Virus record (IMG/VR): IMGVR_UViG_3300027672_000035
Span: 1-34,966 of that record
From: a virus
Lineage: Duplodnaviria; Caudoviricetes
Length of the DNA stretch: 34,966 bases
Direction: 5' to 3' (one strand)
Shown here: positions 25,169-34,288 of the stretch, one piece after another
Layout of the letters: each line of letters begins with the position of its first letter
Position numbering within the stretch: position 1 is the first letter of the stretch
Notes under the pieces: model-generated
What the model saw: only the letters and a program-made list of their open reading frames with translations
Told to the model about the DNA's origin: nothing
Databases searched by the model: none
Translations under genes and position numbers: made by a program

Positions 25169-28100
25169 ATGGCAATAACCACATACTCTGCGGCTCCTTA
25201 TTCTGATGACTTTAACCAGGATAAGAATTACTTAAGAATTCTTTTTAGGCCGGGTAGAAGTGTCCAAGTAAGAGAGCTCAATCAACTTCAATCGAATGTT
25301 CAAGATCAGATTGATAAATTTGGCCGGCATATTTTTAAAGATGGTGATCGTGTACTAGACGGATATACTACTTATGATTCGTCTATTCAGAGTATTGGAA
25401 TCACATGGGGAAACGGATCACTGACACTTAGCGCTGCGGAGCTTGCTGCATTAAAGGGGAAGGAAATCACGTCAACTAATTGGAGAGCAAAGATTCTTAG
25501 CGCCGTTAAGGTGACTGAGGGCACCGATGGTTACCGCTTATACATTAAACTAATTGGTGGTGCAGGAACGTTTGCAAATGGGGATGATATAGCTCTGGCA
25601 ACAGGCGAAGATAGTATTAGTGTTGGCGGAACTACTTATGCGGCAGGTGCTAAAATAGCTGACTACTTTACAGCTGTTGAAACTCTTTCTTATCATGGTG
25701 GTGTTTTCCAAGATGCCGGAGTATTCTTTGTTAAAGGTCATTTTGTTCAAACAGATGCGGCAGAAGCATTTTATCCTAAAACATCCTCAACTGCTAAGCT
25801 AACAGGTGCTGCTCTTTTCGATATTGTAGAATCAGTAGTAACGAGTTCGGCAGATGATTCACTTAATGATAATGCCAACGGAGAACCTAACGCGAATGCT
25901 CCTGGAGCCGATCGTTATAAGATTTCGCTTAATCTGAGTTTTGTTCTGTCAACTGATGAAACTGTTCCTGATAACCAACGTGTCAATCTACTTGATATTA
26001 AAGAGGATAATGTTGTTCAGCCTGCGAGGACAGAATATAGCGAGCTTGGTAAAGCGCTTGCTCAACGCACCGAGGAGGAGAGCGGGTCTTACGTAGTCAA
26101 CCCATTTAAATACGATGTGCGTGAATATCTAAATGACGAAGAAGGAAATCGTGGTAGATATACCGATGATGAAATTTATAATGGTTCTACAGCAAACGCG
26201 CTTCTTCCGAATGTTACTGACACAACCACTGCTACAACTGAAGGCGCTAAACGTTATGTCATCGGTGTTGAACCAGGTGTTGCTTATGTTCAAGGTTATC
26301 GAGTTGAACTTGAAAGCAAACAAGATGTTGTTGCTGATAAAGGGAGGGACGGCACTCTTCCTACAAAGAGCAATTATAAGTTTTCAGCTGACCGTGGACA
26401 GTACATTGAGGGAGCACTCACAGATACTGATGGATTAGATTCTACTGATATTGGTCTATTCATTTTCTCTCCTGATAAGACATACAGTTTTTATGATTCA
26501 GCTACCAACTCGTTAAGTCCTCTGTATCTCGGCACCTGTAGAATTCACGCCATTGAAAACACCGGAATTAAATCGACAAACAATAGTGATAGTTTATACG
26601 AAAATGCTGATGCTACTAAGCGGCTATATATTTACGACATTAATTTGGAACCTGGTAAAAAGCTCAGCGATGCAAAAGCGCTAACTATAAATAACACGAT
26701 AACCGGTGTGACCAATATACAGACATTTCTGCGAAATGATAGTGGATTTACTCTCACCGAAATTGGAGATAATTCATCGCGGATGGTCTATCCATTAGGC
26801 AATCACGATATTGCAAGTGTTAATATAACCGGCTCGACATGCATTATACAAGAGCGCTTTACGGCTTCAGATTTTACCAGCCCAGCTGGGGGCCCAGTTA
26901 CAATTACTGCAGACGCGGGTGATGGTTTTGTTAGTACAGATCCAGATGACTATGTAGTAGTTCAAATTGGCGCATCTACAGATCAGACAACGGCCGGTGA
27001 AACATACGCAAAGAACGTTTCAATCACAGGACAAGTTGCAACAATAACTTTAGCGAGGGCAAACGGGACAGCTGTTACTGAAACGGACGGATCAGTAACT
27101 ATATTTGCACCGGTTCAAACTCCATTAGTTATTAGAAATAAGACACAAACTAATACAACATGGTCCCCAACCCGCCGCTTGGACCCAGGCGACGTTATCA
27201 CACTTCACAAAACAGATGGCTATGCGGTCACCGGAGTTACTCATGATAGTGTTAGCTTACCGCTTTCTGACTTTGAATTAGTAACAGGACAAACTGACAC
27301 ATATTACGGTAAATCACAAGTCATTTACCGTGGCAATTCGAGCTTAAAATCTGCAACCGTTGTCATCTCATTTAGTTATTACGCGCATGGTGCAGGAAAC
27401 GTCTTTGCTAAAAATTCTTATTCTGAATCACTCGAGGATACACCGATATACGAAGAGCTGAAACTAGCAAATTGTTTAGACTTTAGGCCTTCTAGAATTG
27501 ATACAACTGGAAGTTCAAAAATTAAACCCAATTCACTTGTCTCAGGTGTTGGCTTTACTTATTATAATCCTAGAAAAGACATTGTCGCTCTTAACCAACT
27601 TGGCGACATTAAATTTATTCAAGGTGTTCCTTCCGAATCTCCGATTTATCCTCAAACACCGGCTGACTCCATACTTCTTTACCGCATTGAAAAACCCGGC
27701 TATCTATACAGCTTAAGTGACTTGGTGATCGAGCGTGTTGAAAATCGCAGGTACTCAATGCGCGATATTGGTTCCCTTGAAAACCGCATCCAGAGTCTTG
27801 AGTATTACGCATCTTTATCACACCTCGAATCAGAAGCAGCTAATACACAAATAACTGACTCTAGCGGCCCAAGATTTAAGGGTGGTATTATTACAGACTC
27901 ATTCAGAGGACACGGCGTAGGAGATGTTAGCAACGTAGGCTATCGTGCTGCGATCGATCGCGACAACTTTACTGCTCGGCCAATGTATCTTTCAGATAAT
28001 GCGCGATGGAGCTATATCAGCGGTCTCAGCGCTAGCGCCACAACTCCTGTTACAAGTTGGAATGGACCTGATGTTCCTTCTACCACCAAATACTCAGGAA

Positions 28101-30778
28101 AACGAAAAAATTCATTGACGCTTGACTTTATTGAAAAGATACTTGTTGATCAGCCATTTGCTTCAGATCATATTAGTGTTAATCCTTATGACGTAGCAAC
28201 ATGGAGCGGATCACTTGAACTTTCTCCATCATCAGATGAATGGAAAGATGTTAACTATGTTCCTGATATTATTAATAATGTCGAAGGGGACAACAGCGCT
28301 TTACTTAAGCAAATTGCGAATAACCCTAACATCCTTGGAACAGAGTGGAACGAATGGGAGTCACAATGGGTATCTAAAAGCCAACGTTATGGCCGATGGT
28401 GGAATAGAAAGACGCGTCAGATTCAAGTTGCTGATACATTCACCGAGACAACCTGGACTTCTAATACAAGAGGTAGTCAAAGTGAATTCCTCCGACAAAA
28501 TAGAGAAGGTATTCAAACTTCTCTTGTAGAAAACACCGAGAGAGAAGTTGTCGGAGACGATATTCTAAATATTACCTTTGTTCCATTCATTCGTTCGCGG
28601 AAGGTTTCTTTCAGAGGCAGAATGCTCAAGCCTAATACTACATTCTATCTATACTTTGATGATGCTAATATTACTTCTTACGCTACTGGTGCAGCATCGT
28701 TCTCTCAGTTCGGCGGTGATACCGCAGGCACAGGAGGAACTGATGTTACTCGTTATGATGGACAAACAACAATAACTGATGCGAATGTTGCTATTACGTC
28801 AGACGGCGCAGGAGACGTTGATGGTTGGTTTGTTATTCCTAACAATGATGCACTCAGATTCCGTACAGGTTCTAGACAAGTTCGTTTAACTGACAACGCT
28901 AACAACAATAAAACTCTAGAGCTTTCATCTGCTGAATCAACATATCACGCTAAAGGGCTTTTAGAAACAAGGCAAAAAACGATTCTTTCAACACGCCAGC
29001 TCGTCTTAGAAAGAACGCGGTCACAAGAAAGCCGCAATTTGCTTATCGGTACAAAAGTAGTTCGGAGAGATCCTGTTGCTCAGACCTTCATGATAGGAAA
29101 CGAGCCAACTGGTATTTTCCTTTCTTCAGTTGACATCTTCTTCCAGAAGAAAGATCCTAATCTTCCAGTTGAGCTTAGTATTGTATCAGTTGAGAACGGG
29201 ATTCCTACACAAAAGACTATTCCGTTCTCACGGGTAACTAAACTGCCTGCTGACATCTGGCCTTCAGGTGTTAATGCGAATGCTACCGCTTCGGTGGAAA
29301 CCAAGTTCATGTTTGATACACCGGTTTATTTACAACCTGGTGTTGAATACGCGATTGTACTTGTATCGAATAGTGCGAGATATCGTGTGTGGCACGCTGA
29401 AGTTGGTGGGACAGATGTTGGAACAAATGCCGAGAAGATCACTAAGAATGTAAATCTTGGAGTCATGCTAAAAAGCCAGAATGCTTCAACTTGGACACCC
29501 GATCAAAATAAAGATCTTAAGTTCACATTGAACCGAGCAGACTTTAGTACGACTAACGCCACAGCAGTGTTTAGCGGGGTTTCTCCTCAAAGACAGCAAG
29601 TCACATATGTCAATGTGACTGATGCTGGATCAGGATATCTCACTGGTCCTCCTTCAGTCACGATCGCTGGCACAGGCGCAACAGCAAAAGCACACATTGG
29701 AAAAGGCGGCGTGATTGATCATATTGAAGTTGTAACAAATGGCTCTGGACACTCTTCTACACCTACAGTAACTATTGGAGATGCTGATAAGATCAGTATT
29801 GCTGCGTTGAGCACGCAAAACCAGACTGATAATCGAATTGTTCTACCTGACGGTGTGGCTGAAGCTAAGAACGGCCAACGTTTTAAGTATGAAAAGAACG
29901 GCGGCACGCTACTTACTGGTTTAACAGATCTCGCGCTATACTATGCGACCACTGTTGACTCTAATGGATTTGAAGTTCCTTATAGCAGATCGATCCAATT
30001 GAGCACAGCACTTGGTGGAGCTGCAATCGGATTTTCTAATACAGGCGGCGCTTCAACGACACTCGTTGCGGTTTCATCAGTAGCTACTGCAACTGCATCG
30101 GTCGATACATGGAAAGCATCATCATATCTTCCGATTATTCAAGATATGCTTCTTCCAGAATCGAGTGTAGCTTATACTTTAGATGTAAGCGACACAGGTT
30201 CTTACACAGTATTTCCGGGAGAGGTTCTTTATACTACTGAACGGGTAACACACGATTCAACCAGTGCGTACAACGGCACTAATGATGATATACTAAAACT
30301 TCAAGGGACGTTGTCAACGACTAATTCTAAGATCTCTCCAGTAATTGATTTGGATAGAATCTCACTTGTTACATTTGATAATATCGTTAATGAGTCAAGC
30401 GAATTCGAGGATTCGCGAGATGATGGACAATGCGCTGCAAGGTACATCACAAAGAGTATCAAGCTTTCATCAACTGCAGATCAACTTAATATTTACGTCG
30501 ATATAATGCGGCCAGACGATTCAACAACGGTTGAAGTATATGGCAAATTCAAGTCGCTAAATTCAACGGCCGCGTTTGACACTCTCGGATGGACTAAGAT
30601 CGAACCTAAGAACGGGGCGAAAGTTCCAATAAGTACTAACTTTGAATTTGGTGAAGTTCAGTTTGAAGGTAGCACTGTTGAAGAGTTTGATCAGGTAGCA
30701 GTTAAGGTTTTATTCAAATCTTCTAATAAAGCCTTTGTCCCAGAAATTAAAAACCTAAGAGTGATTGCTTCGCTATAA
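25169..30778 (+). CDS. Large virion/baseplate structural protein (VrlC/DUF4815-like)
   Basis: PYSDDF...YLRILFRPG.SVQ.RELNQLQS, APGADRYKI, RRYSMRDIG.LE.RI..LEYY, DPVAQTF, SPVIDLDR. Confidence 0.85.
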   Translation: MAITTYSAAPYSDDFNQDKNYLRILFRPGRSVQVRELNQLQSNVQDQIDKFGRHIFKDGDRVLDGYTTYDSSIQSIGITWGNGSLTLSAAELAALKGKEITSTNWRAKILSAVKVTEGTDGYRLYIKLIGGAGTFANGDDIALATGEDSISVGGTTYAAGAKIADYFTAVETLSYHGGVFQDAGVFFVKGHFVQTDAAEAFYPKTSSTAKLTGAALFDIVESVVTSSADDSLNDNANGEPNANAPGADRYKISLNLSFVLSTDETVPDNQRVNLLDIKEDNVVQPARTEYSELGKALAQRTEEESGSYVVNPFKYDVREYLNDEEGNRGRYTDDEIYNGSTANALLPNVTDTTTATTEGAKRYVIGVEPGVAYVQGYRVELESKQDVVADKGRDGTLPTKSNYKFSADRGQYIEGALTDTDGLDSTDIGLFIFSPDKTYSFYDSATNSLSPLYLGTCRIHAIENTGIKSTNNSDSLYENADATKRLYIYDINLEPGKKLSDAKALTINNTITGVTNIQTFLRNDSGFTLTEIGDNSSRMVYPLGNHDIASVNITGSTCIIQERFTASDFTSPAGGPVTITADAGDGFVSTDPDDYVVVQIGASTDQTTAGETYAKNVSITGQVATITLARANGTAVTETDGSVTIFAPVQTPLVIRNKTQTNTTWSPTRRLDPGDVITLHKTDGYAVTGVTHDSVSLPLSDFELVTGQTDTYYGKSQVIYRGNSSLKSATVVISFSYYAHGAGNVFAKNSYSESLEDTPIYEELKLANCLDFRPSRIDTTGSSKIKPNSLVSGVGFTYYNPRKDIVALNQLGDIKFIQGVPSESPIYPQTPADSILLYRIEKPGYLYSLSDLVIERVENRRYSMRDIGSLENRIQSLEYYASLSHLESEAANTQITDSSGPRFKGGIITDSFRGHGVGDVSNVGYRAAIDRDNFTARPMYLSDNARWSYISGLSASATTPVTSWNGPDVPSTTKYSGKRKNSLTLDFIEKILVDQPFASDHISVNPYDVATWSGSLELSPSSDEWKDVNYVPDIINNVEGDNSALLKQIANNPNILGTEWNEWESQWVSKSQRYGRWWNRKTRQIQVADTFTETTWTSNTRGSQSEFLRQNREGIQTSLVENTEREVVGDDILNITFVPFIRSRKVSFRGRMLKPNTTFYLYFDDANITSYATGAASFSQFGGDTAGTGGTDVTRYDGQTTITDANVAITSDGAGDVDGWFVIPNNDALRFRTGSRQVRLTDNANNNKTLELSSAESTYHAKGLLETRQKTILSTRQLVLERTRSQESRNLLIGTKVVRRDPVAQTFMIGNEPTGIFLSSVDIFFQKKDPNLPVELSIVSVENGIPTQKTIPFSRVTKLPADIWPSGVNANATASVETKFMFDTPVYLQPGVEYAIVLVSNSARYRVWHAEVGGTDVGTNAEKITKNVNLGVMLKSQNASTWTPDQNKDLKFTLNRADFSTTNATAVFSGVSPQRQQVTYVNVTDAGSGYLTGPPSVTIAGTGATAKAHIGKGGVIDHIEVVTNGSGHSSTPTVTIGDADKISIAALSTQNQTDNRIVLPDGVAEAKNGQRFKYEKNGGTLLTGLTDLALYYATTVDSNGFEVPYSRSIQLSTALGGAAIGFSNTGGASTTLVAVSSVATATASVDTWKASSYLPIIQDMLLPESSVAYTLDVSDTGSYTVFPGEVLYTTERVTHDSTSAYNGTNDDILKLQGTLSTTNSKISPVIDLDRISLVTFDNIVNESSEFEDSRDDGQCAARYITKSIKLSSTADQLNIYVDIMRPDDSTTVEVYGKFKSLNSTAAFDTLGWTKIEPKNGAKVPISTNFEFGEVQFEGSTVEEFDQVAVKVLFKSSNKAFVPEIKNLRVIASL

Positions 30779-30966
30779 TGGAAAAAACATTTGTAAGAGA
30801 TTCTAAAGGTGTGTTAATTAATAATAACACCACGGCGTACTCCTCTAGGAGAGCTGCTAAGGAAAGAAGCAAAAAACAAGAGAAGCAAGAAGAAGAAATT
30901 GTATCGCTTAGAACACAGCTTGAAGAATTAAAAGAAATAGTTAACACATTAACATTAGATAAATAG
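30778..30966 (+). CDS. Small coiled-coil virion-associated protein
   Basis: VRDSKGVLINNN N-terminus and heptad C-terminus; TAATG coupling to the upstream gene. Confidence 0.7.
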   Translation: MEKTFVRDSKGVLINNNTTAYSSRRAAKERSKKQEKQEEEIVSLRTQLEELKEIVNTLTLDK

Positions 30967-30970
30967 TAAC

Positions 30971-31948
30971 ATGGACTCTACGAACTTTGAAGATTTTAAC
31001 TCACCCGCGGGAGGTGTGGAACTTAGCGATACTCTTTCTAGTTGGAGAAAGAAGACAAATGGCATTGTAATGAAGATTGACTCTATCGAGAGTACAGCTA
31101 ATACATTAAATAGTACTGTCTCTGCACTCTCGACTACGGTTGCGACTTCTGATGTTAATAATAACTCGGTTGCCCTTGGTAAGATAGCGCAGATTCCCAG
31201 TCTTAAGGTTTTAGGTAATACCTCGGCCTCAACAGGAAATGTTAGTAATGTCTCTATTGTGAACGAGAGTGGTGGGATTACTTCTAATGATAACGATACG
31301 AGTATCCCCACAAGCTCCGCAGTAAAGGACTACGTTGACAATAAGTTTTTTAATGGTCAGACGGTTCAACAAAATGTTGTAAGATATGACAACTACACCG
31401 AGTATTCAGTTGAAGCTCTTACACTGAGCAGCGGAGAGTATACTACTCTTAGCGGTAATATAGTATCGACTGAAAATTTTAATCGCGATGGTGTAACTAC
31501 AAAAGCGATGTATGCAGTCCGTGTTCCTGCCGATATTTCTATTACACCAATATACGCCAATTCGCTAATATGTCTAGAATGGAACCTTCTCGGAGAGGCA
31601 AAGGATTATAATTCTGGTTTTTGGATTAGTAGAAAACGTGCTGATAACAAATATGAAATCATTAATGTTTCTGGATATGAAGGCTACAACAATGTTGTAG
31701 GGACGGCGAGGAATAATTTCTACCATCCTTCACCGTATGATGGTAACGAGGCCTCGACACCAAATATGCACACTATTAGATATTTTGTCCCTGCCGCGGA
31801 TATTAGTGAGAAAACATATGGACTTATTTTTGGTAGCGCCGCGGCTACCAATATATTTAGACTCAATGGGTCAAAAACGTCGAGCAACAATTCCGACTAT
31901 GAGCGAGGAGTGAGTAACGTAACAATCAAGGAACTTTACCAGGTATAA
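30971..31948 (+). CDS. Fibre-like structural protein
   Basis: SDTLSSWRKKTN anchor motif, short coiled coil, DTSIPTSSAVKDYVD motif, beta-rich C-terminal domain. Confidence 0.7.
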   Translation: MDSTNFEDFNSPAGGVELSDTLSSWRKKTNGIVMKIDSIESTANTLNSTVSALSTTVATSDVNNNSVALGKIAQIPSLKVLGNTSASTGNVSNVSIVNESGGITSNDNDTSIPTSSAVKDYVDNKFFNGQTVQQNVVRYDNYTEYSVEALTLSSGEYTTLSGNIVSTENFNRDGVTTKAMYAVRVPADISITPIYANSLICLEWNLLGEAKDYNSGFWISRKRADNKYEIINVSGYEGYNNVVGTARNNFYHPSPYDGNEASTPNMHTIRYFVPAADISEKTYGLIFGSAAATNIFRLNGSKTSSNNSDYERGVSNVTIKELYQV

Positions 31949-31952
31949 TTAC

Positions 31953-32303
31953 ATGTCAACAATTGCAAACTTATTCATCGATCAGGGCTCAGGCTTTACC
32001 ACAACAATTGATCTATCTGATTCTACAAATTTAACGCTTACTAATTATACCGCGGCTGGCAATATAGCTAAATCATACGATGGTACAACAAAGGCTACCT
32101 TCACGACAGCTATCAATAGCACTTCTAAGATAGTAACAATTTCATTAACAGCACCACAGACTGCATCATTAAAACCCGGCCGGTATGTCTACGATATTAT
32201 TATTGTCTCTTCTGATAGTCCTCCTGCAATAACGAGGATTTTAGAAGGGCAGCTTGATGTCACCCCTGCGGTCACCTTTGATAGTTCTGCTCCAGAAACA
32301 TAA
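31953..32303 (+). CDS. Virion structural adaptor, Ig-like
   Basis: ANLFIDQGS.F...SLTAPQTASLKPGRYVYDI...RILEGQ..VTP.VT. Confidence 0.75.
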   Translation: MSTIANLFIDQGSGFTTTIDLSDSTNLTLTNYTAAGNIAKSYDGTTKATFTTAINSTSKIVTISLTAPQTASLKPGRYVYDIIIVSSDSPPAITRILEGQLDVTPAVTFDSSAPET

Positions 32304-32311
32304 TTTTATAG

Positions 32312-32653
32312 ATGTCGATCAAAGCAAATGTAATACCACAAAACAGTATAAACGCTCAGGTTAATCCAGATAAAAAGATTATACCTAAGCAAGTTACTAC
32401 AGGTGGCCAAAACGCAATAAATGCTCACGTTAAAGCATTTAAAAAGATCATACCTAAGCAAGTTTTTAACGGTTTGGTGCCGCTCGATGATGGAAATCAA
32501 ACAATTACTGGAACAAAAACTTTTACCGATACTGGTTTAAACCAGTTAAACGACGTCACAATAACAAACCCGGCTGAAGATGATATAATCAAATATAGCG
32601 GTGGAATATCAAAGTTCACTAACACGAATATCATGGACGGCGGAAATTTCTAA
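32312..32653 (+). CDS. Small fibre-associated protein with internal 23-aa duplication and C-terminal DGGNF
   Basis: QNSINAQVNPDKKIIPKQV / QNAINAHVKAFKKIIPKQV; QTITGTKTF; LNQLNDV. Confidence 0.7.
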   Translation: MSIKANVIPQNSINAQVNPDKKIIPKQVTTGGQNAINAHVKAFKKIIPKQVFNGLVPLDDGNQTITGTKTFTDTGLNQLNDVTITNPAEDDIIKYSGGISKFTNTNIMDGGNF

Positions 32654-32656
32654 ACA

Positions 32657-32664
32657 TATAAATA
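32657..32664 (+). promoter_or_regulatory. T4-type late promoter
   Basis: TATAAATA upstream of the fibre gene at 32697. Confidence 0.8.
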
Positions 32665-32696
32665 GAAAAAAGTCAACTTAACAACAGAATAGATTT

Positions 32697-34163
32697 ATGG
32701 CCAACACAATTAGGATTAAACGGAGAGCATCAAGCGGCTCTACCGGCGCGCCAAGTTCTCTAAAAAACGGAGAATTAGCATACAACGAAAGCGACAATAG
32801 ACTTTATTATGGTTATGGTGATGATGGTGCTGGGAACGCTACTTCTGTTCCGGCAATCGCTGGTTCGGGTTTGCTCGACACTGACTATGTAGATATTGAT
32901 AGCACGCAGACAGTTACAGGTGCTAAAACATTTTCGGGAGTGCTCAACTCAACAGGAGATTTTAAAATAGATAGTGTAACTGTTAGCGCTTCTGCTGCCA
33001 ATATTAATCAACTTACTGGCACAACACTTGGAAATGTTGTAACGTTGAACAAAGGTATCAGCGATACCAATCTCCTGCAATCCGGAGCGAGTGTTACTAA
33101 TAACGACTTTTTAAGAGTTGCTGCCACCGGCGGTAGTTCCTCAAAGATCATAGGTCGATCTGCTGCTGAGGTTCGAGGAGATATCGGAGCAGCGCCTACC
33201 GGTGGTGTGAATACTATTGTAACAGTAGGAACTATCACGACGGGTACTTGGAACGGATCAGTGATTGCTGATGCGTATCTCTCTGGTAACACAGCGCATT
33301 TAGATACAACACAAACATTCACCGGCGCAAAAACATTTGACGCTGTTATTAGTGCTGATGGAGGAATTTCCTCAAACGGAAGTTCATTAACTGTCGGCTC
33401 TGCAACAACCGCGGTTTCTATTCTTAAAGACCTGGAAGTTGCAGCTGATCTCACTGTCGATACTACTACGCTGCATGTAGATAGCGCTAATAATAATGTT
33501 GGAGTAGGAACTATAACACCAAGCGCTTCGTATAAGCTCGATGTAGTCGGGGCGGTTCGAGCTTCGACTAATATCCACGCTGATGGCAATCTTTCCTCGA
33601 CTGGCAATTTTGAAACCTACGGCAGCGCTACAATTACCTCAATAGCTAATGCGAATGCTGACACAGACATTTTCCTTGTTGCTGATAGCAATGGACTAGT
33701 TAAAAAAAGGAGCGGTGCTCAAGTTCGAAGCGACATTGGAGCAACGAGAGATGCACTTGGAATAGATACCGATGATACTGTCACCTTTGGAAATATTGTA
33801 ACTGCGGGATACCTTCGAGGACCTGCGGTATTTACGATCGATCCAGCTGCACACGGCGATGATAGCGGTAAGGTAGTGATTGCTGGCGATCTTCAAGTTG
33901 ATGGTACAACAACAACTGTCAATTCGACCGAAGTTACTATTGCAGATAAGTCACTGACTCTCGCTAATACCGCTAATGCTTCTTCGACACTTAATAGCGC
34001 AGGTCTTCTCCTCGGTGTTGATACAAACTCACCACCCGCGCTAGGTTCTGGAGCGCTGGTTGAATTCGTGTATGTCCACACTGATACTAGAATGGTACTA
34101 AGTAGCGCGATGAAAATCACTGGTGGTCTTGAAGATACTGTTATTGATGGTGGATCATTCTAA
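32697..34163 (+). CDS. Tail fibre protein
   Basis: N-terminal TIRIKR...P..L..GELAYN module, QTxTGAKTF repeats, NVGVGT, GDLQVDGTTTTVNST; ends VIDGGSF. Confidence 0.8.
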   Translation: MANTIRIKRRASSGSTGAPSSLKNGELAYNESDNRLYYGYGDDGAGNATSVPAIAGSGLLDTDYVDIDSTQTVTGAKTFSGVLNSTGDFKIDSVTVSASAANINQLTGTTLGNVVTLNKGISDTNLLQSGASVTNNDFLRVAATGGSSSKIIGRSAAEVRGDIGAAPTGGVNTIVTVGTITTGTWNGSVIADAYLSGNTAHLDTTQTFTGAKTFDAVISADGGISSNGSSLTVGSATTAVSILKDLEVAADLTVDTTTLHVDSANNNVGVGTITPSASYKLDVVGAVRASTNIHADGNLSSTGNFETYGSATITSIANANADTDIFLVADSNGLVKKRSGAQVRSDIGATRDALGIDTDDTVTFGNIVTAGYLRGPAVFTIDPAAHGDDSGKVVIAGDLQVDGTTTTVNSTEVTIADKSLTLANTANASSTLNSAGLLLGVDTNSPPALGSGALVEFVYVHTDTRMVLSSAMKITGGLEDTVIDGGSF

Positions 34164-34183
34164 GAATTAGAAGATAAACGATG

Positions 34184-34191
34184 TATAAATA
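34184..34191 (+). promoter_or_regulatory. T4-type late promoter overlapping a long inverted repeat
   Basis: TATAAATA. Confidence 0.75.
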
Positions 34192-34227
34192 GATATCGTA
34201 GAGGTTAATCTCTCTACGATATCTATT
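34188..34227. repeat. Perfect 16-bp inverted repeat
   Basis: AATAGATATCGTAGAG(34188-34203), 8-nt loop, CTCTACGATATCTATT(34212-34227). Confidence 0.9.
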
Positions 34228-34251
34228 ATTTACAGAGAGTGTCACAACTCT

Positions 34252-34288
34252 TCACGGGTTCTATAATCCGTCTCACGATTCTATAATC
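34252..34288 (+). repeat. Tandem hairpin-forming direct repeat in the fibre leader
   Basis: TCACGGGTTCTATAATC(34252-34268) and TCACGATTCTATAATC(34273-34288), directly before ATG 34289. Confidence 0.8.

Noticed and set aside
25169-30778. Intein or intron within the 1869-aa gene
   Set aside because: The frame is continuous, with no intein splice-junction or LAGLIDADG motifs; the size fits this structural family
34164-34288. tRNA gene or known riboswitch in the structured intergenic region
   Set aside because: No cloverleaf, T-loop or CCA end, and no aptamer consensus that I recognise
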